The notes beneath the pieces are model-generated. The model was not told the DNA's origin. It saw only the letters and a list, made by a program, of their open reading frames with translations, and made no database searches. A stretch of DNA of 64,000 bases from Nostoc sp. (GTDB lineage: Bacteria > Cyanobacteriota > Cyanobacteriia > Cyanobacteriales > Nostocaceae), in assembly GCA_036918135.1 (NCBI GenBank), contig JBALDB010000007.1, positions 192,001 through 256,000 of the forward strand, in the 5' to 3' direction. The number at the start of each line of letters is the position of its first letter. Position 1 is the first letter of the stretch. Both the position numbers and the translations under genes were made by a program. Of this stretch, positions 10,968 through 18,261 are shown in pieces.

Positions 10968-10994
10968 ATAAACCTATATGTTTACCGTAGTATA
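10968..10994 (-). promoter_or_regulatory. putative operator upstream of ssuA
   Basis: Minus-strand TATACTACGGTAAACATATAGGTTTAT; 16/27 identical to the site at 12847-12873. Confidence 0.4.
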
Positions 10995-11146
10995 TATCAA
11001 TAACTCTTTCTATATTGCCTCCTTCTACGTAGGTAAGAAATATTTTTGACTGTTTAAAAACTCGTAATAACTGCTGTATCCGGGTGGTTTTGCCCACACT
11101 TGAAAAAGTTAATCAATTATCACTTTTATATAACAGATTATTTAAG

Positions 11147-11290
11147 GTTGTGTTGCAAAAACTTGTTGAGGAGAAAAATTCTAGATAAATTAGAACAAAT
11201 TAGGCAGTAATACTGAAGATTTGAGCAACAAATTTCATTTGAGTAATAATGTCTCCTTTTTCAACTCCCTACTCGTTTTTACAACACAAC
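11147..11290. mobile_element. MITE-like element (~144 bp)
   Basis: Terminal inverted repeats GTTGTGTTGCAAAA / TTTTACAACACAAC. Confidence 0.5.
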
Positions 11291-11305
11291 TCGAAAAATA
11301 CAATC

Positions 11306-12067
11306 CTAATCGAGCAAATCAGGTTCTTCCCGCACAATCCTTTCGTAAAGTGGCTGGAAGCTAAACCACCCACTTGTAGGCGCTCCCACTTGAGTGTGTG
11401 TTAAACGGGCTGTTTCGTGTTGAATAATACTGGGTCTACCTGCGGCTTCTGCCAACAATTGCGCTTGGCACGATCGCTCAAGGCTAATGTACCAGAAAGC
11501 GGCTTCATCTACGGTATGTCCCACAGTTAAAATGCCGTGGTTACGCAGGATGATAGCTTTATTTTCCCTTAAAGCTTGTGCAAGTCGCTTGCCTTCACAG
11601 GTATCTAATACTCCTGTATAATCTTCATCAAATAAAGCATGGTCTTCATAAAAGGCACAAGAATCTTGAGTCAAAGGGTCAAGCAGACGACCCAAACTCG
11701 ACCAAGCTTTGCCATAAATTGAATGAGCGTGTGCAGCTGCAATCACATCAGGTCGAGCCTCATGAATCTGAGAATGGATAACGAAGGCAGCTTGATTGAC
11801 CTGAGCATCGCCTTTCACCACCTCACCTTCTTTATTAACCAAGATCAGGTCAGAAACTTTGATATGACCGAAGTATGTGCCCAATGGATTGATCCAGAAA
11901 TGATCTGTAAACTCCGGATCGCGTACTGTAATATGACCTGCAATGCCTTCACAGAAGCCGAAGCGACAAAACAAGCGAAAAGCGGCGGCGAGGCGTTGCT
12001 TGCGATGCAGACGTTCATCTTCAACTTGCTCGAATACAGGGGGTTGCGGTCTATCGTAGTTGGGCAT
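11306..12067 (-). CDS. class II aldolase/adducin family protein
   Basis: EGIAGHITVRDPE, FWINP, IHSQIHEARPDVIAAAHAHS, LRNHGILTVG; GAGGAGG RBS before MPNYDR. Confidence 0.92.
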   Translation of the reverse strand: MPNYDRPQPPVFEQVEDERLHRKQRLAAAFRLFCRFGFCEGIAGHITVRDPEFTDHFWINPLGTYFGHIKVSDLILVNKEGEVVKGDAQVNQAAFVIHSQIHEARPDVIAAAHAHSIYGKAWSSLGRLLDPLTQDSCAFYEDHALFDEDYTGVLDTCEGKRLAQALRENKAIILRNHGILTVGHTVDEAAFWYISLERSCQAQLLAEAAGRPSIIQHETARLTHTQVGAPTSGWFSFQPLYERIVREEPDLLD

Positions 12068-12329
12068 ATTCTTTATCCTCCTCTTTGCAGGGAGCATTGG
12101 AATATCCACAGCGAAAAGATGGTAACCATTGCTGTTGGGCAAGTAGCTCTTGAAAATAGGGTTCTAATATAGCCAGAGTTTGTGTACTAACACCAATAGC
12201 ACCTTCCGTAATTTTACGTACTGTTGCTACGAGCGATGCCTGCGGCAACGCGAAGCGCGAACGCAGTTCTGGGCTTTCAATAAACCATTGGTCTTCTGGT
12301 AATGGTTCTAAAATAGTATCGTTCGTCAT
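12051..12329 (-). pseudogene. internally deleted cysteine/thiol dioxygenase-like (cupin) gene carrying a 24-nt in-frame insertion
   Basis: N-terminus (LEPLPEDQWFIES..ELLAQQQWLP) and tail (FRCGYSNAPC) resemble, from memory, the two ends of cyanobacterial CDO-family proteins; no cupin His motif remains. Confidence 0.55.
12238..12261 (+). repeat. 24-nt small dispersed repeat inserted in a HIP1 site (SDR5-like)
   Basis: GCGAT[GCCTGCGGCAACGCGAAGCGCGAA]CGC; removing the bracketed segment restores GCGATCGC. Confidence 0.8.
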
Positions 12330-12467
12330 CTATATTCCTCATTAATTTAAGTAAGTCGGCATCAATAATACGTCGTTGCTTACTTAATCTTTATTTAAAT
12401 ACTTTCGTTTTATTGTGCCAAGCTAATGACGAAATTTTTTACTTTTGGCGATCGTAGTACTATATTT

Positions 12468-12671
12468 TTACTTTTTATTTTTAATATTAGGGTGAATTTT
12501 GAACCCAAGTTGCTCAAGTTTTAAATGAGAAAACGGCTCCTTGAGAATGATAGTAAACGGATATCGCTGGAATACGGCAGCTTTACCTTGTGACAATAGC
12601 AGCCTAGCACGGCTGATACGTACTGGGTATAACGGTTGTTGGTTGGCGTCGAGAATGAGAACTTTGGTCAT
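12468..12671 (-). CDS. 67-aa RRXRR/PLMP-domain microprotein (matches the IscB N-terminus only)
   Basis: VLILDANQQPLYP..RARLLLSQGKAAVFQRYPFTIILKE..KIHP parallels IscB V.VLD..K.PL.P..ARLLL..GKA.V.RRYPFTIIL..IDPG; AAGGA RBS present. Confidence 0.8.
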   Translation of the reverse strand: MTKVLILDANQQPLYPVRISRARLLLSQGKAAVFQRYPFTIILKEPFSHLKLEQLGFKIHPNIKNKK

Positions 12672-12846
12672 GTATTAAATTCCTTAGCGTCTTCTGAAGT
12701 TTGGTAATTTCATCACAGTTAGGTGTGACAAGTGCTTGCCATCCTTGATTCTTAATTACCTAGATAAGAATGAAAGTCTAGAATTAAACTCCAGCACTCT
12801 CGTCTTAATTGCCCATTGAGCTATAGTATTAATTAATTAAAATACG

Positions 12847-12873
12847 ATAATTCGGTCGGGTAAGTGTAGTTTA
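12847..12873 (-). promoter_or_regulatory. putative operator upstream of the RRXRR gene
   Basis: Minus-strand TAAACTACACTTACCCGACCGAATTAT; similar to 10968-10994. Confidence 0.4.
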
Positions 12874-12965
12874 TAAAAACAGAACGTATCACATACAAAT
12901 TAAAAAAGCAAGTCATCGAAGAGGACTTTTAAGAAGTCACCAGCGCCCTAAGCCAATGCTAGTGA

Positions 12966-13252
12966 TATCATGTTCATATCATGTCCAGTTGAATACTTAT
13001 GATATCTGTGAGGGTTGGTAATGGATAATGGGTAATGGGGAATAAAAATACAGTTTAACTTTTCCCTCTTCCCCAATTCCCAATGACCTATTACCAATTA
13101 CCAGCAACACCAACATATTGTAAGTAATTAGCCGAACTTGATATCACTCAAATAACCGTCATTGCGATCGTAGGGAAGCAATCCCAAAAACGTTGTGATT
13201 GCGTCGTTTAAATCGCTTAGGACATATTACGGGTTATTTACCGGACATCATA
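12966..13252. mobile_element. nested MITEs (inner element 12976-13144)
   Basis: Inner TIRs ATATCATGTCCAGTTGAATACTTA / TAAGTAATTAGCCGAACTTGATAT enclose inverted heptamer arrays; outer ends TATCATGTTC..ACTCAAATAACC / GGGTTATTTACCGGACATCATA. Confidence 0.65.
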
Positions 13253-13315
13253 GTGACTTCTCTTTTGGGACTGACGAATAAAAATATCCCCCTGCTTACA
13301 CTCAACAGTCATCAG

Positions 13316-14212
13316 TCAGCTACTCGGCTGACTCACATCAAGACAAGCTTGCACAAAGTCTTGAACTACGCTGTTTAAAGAATCTCGTCGCCACGCCACA
13401 GCTAGCACACTGGGGCTGACATCCTCAACTCGGCGGAAAGTTTGCCCGGACAACGTGTAAACTTGTGTGCTGCTTTCCGAAACTAGTGCTATTCCTTGAT
13501 TATTAATCACCGCCTCCATTGCTTCATTAGTATTATTTACTTCCGTGCCAAAAATGATTGGATGTCCGTCACGCTCATTTTTTGCTAACCAGTAATCTCG
13601 CCATATTCCTGTTTCAGCGGGCACTGTAATAAACGGTTCATTAACCAAATCAGCTATCTGCAAGACTTCGCGCTGCGCCAGTGGATGCTCAGATGATAAA
13701 GCAACCCATCTTGGCTCAACCAATAATATTTCAGTGAATAATTTTTCTTGTTTGGGAACTGGTAACCATAATAAAGCAACATCAGTATTGCCAGAGAGTA
13801 GTCCAGCCGTAGGATCTGAGAACTCAAAGAAACGAATCGCCACCTTCCATCCTGGTTGTAGGGCTTGAAAGCGTGAAAGGATAGATTTTGTTAATTCATT
13901 GCCAATCCGACAAATAAAACCAACCCGCAATGTCTGCGTTTCCCTTGCTGCTACTTCTCGCAGCTTTAATAAAGTAAACTGCCAATCTCCGATTAGTCCT
14001 GCGGCTAAAGGCAAGAGTGCTTCACCAGCAGCAGTCAGTTTCACTTCTCGACTATTACGGCGCAGTAATTCAATGCCCAATTCCCGCTCTAGTTGGCGAA
14101 TTTGCTTAGATAATGCTGGTTGTGAGATATATAACCGTTCAGCAGCACGGGTGAAGTTCAACTCTTCAGCCACGGCAACAAAGTAACGAAGCAAGCGTAA
14201 ATCTGCATCCAT
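13316..14212 (-). CDS. LysR family transcriptional regulator
   Basis: LRLLRYFVAVAEELNFTRAAERLYISQPALSKQIRQLE HTH plus substrate-binding domain. Confidence 0.95.
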   Translation of the reverse strand: MDADLRLLRYFVAVAEELNFTRAAERLYISQPALSKQIRQLERELGIELLRRNSREVKLTAAGEALLPLAAGLIGDWQFTLLKLREVAARETQTLRVGFICRIGNELTKSILSRFQALQPGWKVAIRFFEFSDPTAGLLSGNTDVALLWLPVPKQEKLFTEILLVEPRWVALSSEHPLAQREVLQIADLVNEPFITVPAETGIWRDYWLAKNERDGHPIIFGTEVNNTNEAMEAVINNQGIALVSESSTQVYTLSGQTFRRVEDVSPSVLAVAWRRDSLNSVVQDFVQACLDVSQPSS

Positions 14213-14360
14213 GCTGTTTAATAGTTTTTATTTATTCTTTTTGGTTATAGCAGTATATCTTGGACTTTTGAGAGAGTTTGCGATAAAAACTTTTAATGAG
14301 TCAGGGATTGGGGATCGGGGATTGAAGACTGGAAATTGGGGACTGAGAATTGGGCACAAT

Positions 14361-14471
14361 ATGCTCCAGGTGCAAAGTTCTGGAGAAATACTTGCTGCAA
14401 TTCTTCTACTCTCTGCTTGCCATTCCCCAGCCCCTATTCCCCAATCCCCAGCCCCCAATCCCAATCCCTAG
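14361..14471 (+). pseudogene. 36-aa lipoprotein-signal stub, possible remnant of the RND periplasmic adaptor
   Basis: MLQVQSSGEILAAILLLSAC lipobox runs into CCCCAAT-type heptamer repeats and stops 3 nt before the RND start. Confidence 0.45.
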
Positions 14472-14474
14472 CCT

Positions 14475-17400
14475 ATGTTTGTCAACACTTTTATCAGACG
14501 CCCAGTTCTGACTACTGTCTGTACATTCATCATTTTGCTGCTAGGAAGCATTTGTATTCCTATCCTGCCGATTTCTCAGCTACCAGATCTGGCCCCGGTG
14601 CAAATCACTGTTAGCTCGAATAATATTGGTGCAGATGCTCAAACAACAGAAAGCACTGTTACTAACATTATTGAGCGACAAATTAATGGGGTTAAAGATG
14701 TATCTTATATATCTTCTAATACGGGTAATGATGGTTCAAGCAATATAACTGTTTCCTTCCCAACTAATGTTAATAGCGATATTGCTCAAGTAAACGTTCA
14801 AAATAAAGAAGCTCTCTCCGATCCTCAATTGCCGGATACCGTTCAACGAACTGGTGTGACTGTTGAAACGGCATCAAGTAGTCTGCTTCTAGTTTTTGGG
14901 TTCTTCTCAGATAATAATGAATATGACAACATTTTTATTAGTAATTATGTTGACCTATTTATTCTCGACCAGATTAAACGAATTCCTGGTGTAGGAAAAG
15001 CCACTATTTTTGGAGAACGCAAATATGCAATGCGTCTTTGGCTCGATCCTAACAAGCTTGCTCAACATCAACTAACTCCTCAAGATGTGACAACTGCCCT
15101 GCAAGAACAAAATATTCAGGTGGGTGCAGGGGCAATTGGTAAGGAACCAGCACCAGATAATCAAAGCTTTGAATTTGCTTTACGAGCAAGTAGTCGATTC
15201 AAAGATGCGGCTGAATTTGAGGAGATGGTGTTGAAGGTGGGTCAAAGTGGCACTGCTAACACTAACACCCTAGTTAAAGTCAAAGATGTCGGTCGAGTTG
15301 AGCTAGGAGCAGAGAACTATCTTGCTGATGCCAAATTTACTATCCCAGGAGATGCTCCCAAGCCTGCTGTGGGTTTAGGAATATATCAACTTCCAGGCAG
15401 TAATGCCTTGCAAGTTGCTCATGCTGTTGAAGAACAAATCGCAACGCTAGCAAAGAGTTTTCCACCAGGACTTAAAGCCGAGTTGGCATTTGATACGACG
15501 CCATTTGTGGAAATTTCTTTAGAAGAGGTGCTACACACCCTAGTTGAGGCGATTGTGCTAGTGGTCTTGGTAATTTTTATTTTTTTGCAAGACTGGCGCA
15601 CCACAATCATTCCCACTGTTGCGATCCCCGTGTCCTTGATTGGGACATGTGCGGCTCTTTTGGTTTTAGGATTTCAAATTAATACACTGACTTTATTTGG
15701 TTTCGTTCTGGCGATCGGTATTGTCGTTGATGATGCAATCATTGTGGTGGAAGCTGTTGCAGTCAAACTGGAACAGGGCTTGAAGCCGTTTGATGCAGCA
15801 GTGGAAGCGATGAAAGAGTTGACGGGAGCAATCATTGCTACTTCACTTGTACTGATGGCAGTATTCATTCCAGTTGCATTCATTCCGGGCACTACTGGGA
15901 TTGTCTATAAACAATTTGCCTTAACCATTGCTTGTTCGATTGGAATTTCGACTTTCAATGCTTTAAGCTTCTCTCCCAGTATGGCAGCGATCCTGATGCG
16001 CCCAGCTCGGACTCCACGCGGGCCTTTAGGCTGGTTTTTTACACAGTTTAATCGAGGATTTGGCTGGTTCACGCGCCGCTACGTCAGGTTTGTGAGCTAT
16101 CTTACCCATATCAAGACAGTTGTAATTGGAGTTTTTATCGCTGGTTTACTGGCAACGGTTTTCATGTACAAAACAGTGCCTACCGGATTTATTCCAGAGG
16201 AAGACCAAGGCTACTTCTTTGTAATTGTCCAAGGGCCTGACGGGGTTTCTTTGAGATACACAGAATCCGTGATGAACCAGGTTGTCAAGGAAATTACAGC
16301 GCTTCCCCAAGTGAGAGCTAGTTTTATGATTAGTGGTTTTGGTTTCGATGGCAACGCTTCTAATTTAGGCATTGCCTTCGCTAACTTGAAACCTTGGAAA
16401 GAGAGAGCCGAACAATCTCAATCTGTTTATGGCATACTTCAGGGGCTAAACAAAAAGCTGTCTACAATTACCGAAGCTAGAGCGATCGCTGTAAATGCTC
16501 CTCCAGTTAGAGGGTTAAGTACTACGGGTGGTTTTGAGTTTATCATTCAAGACCGCACGGGCAGTGCGCCAATTGAAACTTTGGTTGATACCACTCAAAA
16601 GTTCATTGCCGCAGCAAATAAAAACCCTGCTCTCCAACGAGTCTTTACTCAGTTCACCGCAGACACTCCCCAATTTGAAATCCAGGTAAACCGCAATCAA
16701 GCCAAAGCTCTGAATGTGGAGATTAATGATGTCTTTGGGGCATTGCAATCTTACTTGGGGTCACAATATGTGAATGACTTTGTTCAAGGACAGCGACAGT
16801 ACCGGGTATATGTCCAAGCAGATGGAGTTTTCCGGTCAAATCCTGATGATATTGGCAAGTTATATGTTCGCTCATCAACTGGGGTGATGATTCCCTTGAG
16901 TAATTTGGTAAAAGTTAATCCCTTTGTGGGGCCGAAAACAATCTCGCATTATAACTTGTATCGCTCAATCAAAGTCCAAGGCGCTCCTGCTCCTGGTGCG
17001 AGTTCTGGACAAGCGATTAAAGCGATGGAGCAACTAGCAGCAGAGGTTTTACCCCAAGGATTTGGCTACGAGTGGACAGGGACTTATCTCCAAGAAAAGA
17101 CATCTGGAGGAGCTACCGGACTGATTTTTGCTTTAGCGATCGCGATTGTATTTTTGGTGCTGTCAGCTCAGTATGAAAGCTACATTGACCCAATTATCAT
17201 TTTGTTGACGGTTCCCCTGGCAGTTTTGGGAGCAATGACAGCGATTTGGTTGCGATCGAATATTTTCATGGCAGGTAGCCTGTTTCCCAAAGTAGTAGAT
17301 GATATTTATTGCCAGGTAGGTCTAGTGACTTTAATTGGTCTAGCCGCCAAGAACGCGATTTTAGTTGTGGAATTTGCCAATCAGCTGCACGAGCAGGGCA

Positions 17401-17774
17401 TGAGCTACACGCGGGCAGCGGTAAAAGCTGGACAAGAACGTTTGCGACCGATTTTAATGACTTCCTTTGCAGCGCTGCTAGGATTTTTGCCCTTGGTGAT
17501 TTCTGAAGGAGCTGGAGCAAGTAGCCGTTGGTCTTTGGGGACAGCACTGTTTGGGGGGCTACTGCTTTCGACATTCTTGAGTTTGTTCTTAGTGCCAATT
17601 CTCTATATTCTGGTTAAGAGTTTGGCTGAAGCGATATTTTCTCGTCGGCGAGGCGGAGGCTCAAATCCTCCAGATTCTCCAAATGGAACTTCGGATGGAC
17701 ATAGAGCTTTGCCTGCTGGTTCAATTCAGCCAGAAACACAATTGCGATCGCAGCAGGATGGAGGAATTGTCTAA
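14475..17774 (+). CDS. RND efflux transporter permease (HAE1/AcrB family)
   Basis: FIRRPV start, INTLTLFGFVLAIGIVVDDAIIVVE, GLAAKNAILVVEFA, RLRPILMTS. Confidence 0.96.
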   Translation: MFVNTFIRRPVLTTVCTFIILLLGSICIPILPISQLPDLAPVQITVSSNNIGADAQTTESTVTNIIERQINGVKDVSYISSNTGNDGSSNITVSFPTNVNSDIAQVNVQNKEALSDPQLPDTVQRTGVTVETASSSLLLVFGFFSDNNEYDNIFISNYVDLFILDQIKRIPGVGKATIFGERKYAMRLWLDPNKLAQHQLTPQDVTTALQEQNIQVGAGAIGKEPAPDNQSFEFALRASSRFKDAAEFEEMVLKVGQSGTANTNTLVKVKDVGRVELGAENYLADAKFTIPGDAPKPAVGLGIYQLPGSNALQVAHAVEEQIATLAKSFPPGLKAELAFDTTPFVEISLEEVLHTLVEAIVLVVLVIFIFLQDWRTTIIPTVAIPVSLIGTCAALLVLGFQINTLTLFGFVLAIGIVVDDAIIVVEAVAVKLEQGLKPFDAAVEAMKELTGAIIATSLVLMAVFIPVAFIPGTTGIVYKQFALTIACSIGISTFNALSFSPSMAAILMRPARTPRGPLGWFFTQFNRGFGWFTRRYVRFVSYLTHIKTVVIGVFIAGLLATVFMYKTVPTGFIPEEDQGYFFVIVQGPDGVSLRYTESVMNQVVKEITALPQVRASFMISGFGFDGNASNLGIAFANLKPWKERAEQSQSVYGILQGLNKKLSTITEARAIAVNAPPVRGLSTTGGFEFIIQDRTGSAPIETLVDTTQKFIAAANKNPALQRVFTQFTADTPQFEIQVNRNQAKALNVEINDVFGALQSYLGSQYVNDFVQGQRQYRVYVQADGVFRSNPDDIGKLYVRSSTGVMIPLSNLVKVNPFVGPKTISHYNLYRSIKVQGAPAPGASSGQAIKAMEQLAAEVLPQGFGYEWTGTYLQEKTSGGATGLIFALAIAIVFLVLSAQYESYIDPIIILLTVPLAVLGAMTAIWLRSNIFMAGSLFPKVVDDIYCQVGLVTLIGLAAKNAILVVEFANQLHEQGMSYTRAAVKAGQERLRPILMTSFAALLGFLPLVISEGAGASSRWSLGTALFGGLLLSTFLSLFLVPILYILVKSLAEAIFSRRRGGGSNPPDSPNGTSDGHRALPAGSIQPETQLRSQQDGGIV

Positions 17775-18159
17775 AAGGGACTGGGGAGCAGTCATCGAAG
17801 AGGACAAGGTGACAAGATGATTCTTGGGAGAACTTGCAACAAGTCTTTCCCCCGTTCGCAAGAGCGTTAGTGACTTGTGTTTTTGTTTCTCCCTCCCCTT
17901 GTCCTTTTAAGCGTTCAGCCAAACATCAGATTACTGTTTTATGACTCCGAGTGAAGAAAAATCAAATACAAAATCACTAAACCTACGTAAAGTTAGAGGT
18001 TTGGGCATTAAATTTTATATAAAACCTAAAATATTGATTCTTGCGTAAACTATTTTGCAACAGGGATTCCAGAATATTCTCTTAGAGAGAGTCATGGAGC
18101 GATATTAGTTATGTCTAAATATTGGTTTGCAAGGTGATACTTCTGTATCAGAATATATT

Positions 18160-18180
18160 TATCGCAAATTTTTTTCAATT
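18160..18180. promoter_or_regulatory. candidate Fur-type box upstream of the siderophore synthetase
   Basis: TATCGCAAATTTTTTTCAATT; a second TTGC...GCAA site lies at 18041-18060; supported mainly by gene context. Confidence 0.3.
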
Positions 18181-18261
18181 GGTATTAGTTATGGACTCAA
18201 AAATCCTTAATTAATTACAGCCACAATTGAAGTGATAAAGCAAACCATTATTACTGCTGCA

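Noticed and set aside
12468..12900. Functional IscB/OMEGA nuclease system
   Set aside because: Only the N-terminal 67 aa are present; no RuvC/HNH domains and no recognisable omegaRNA or transposon ends
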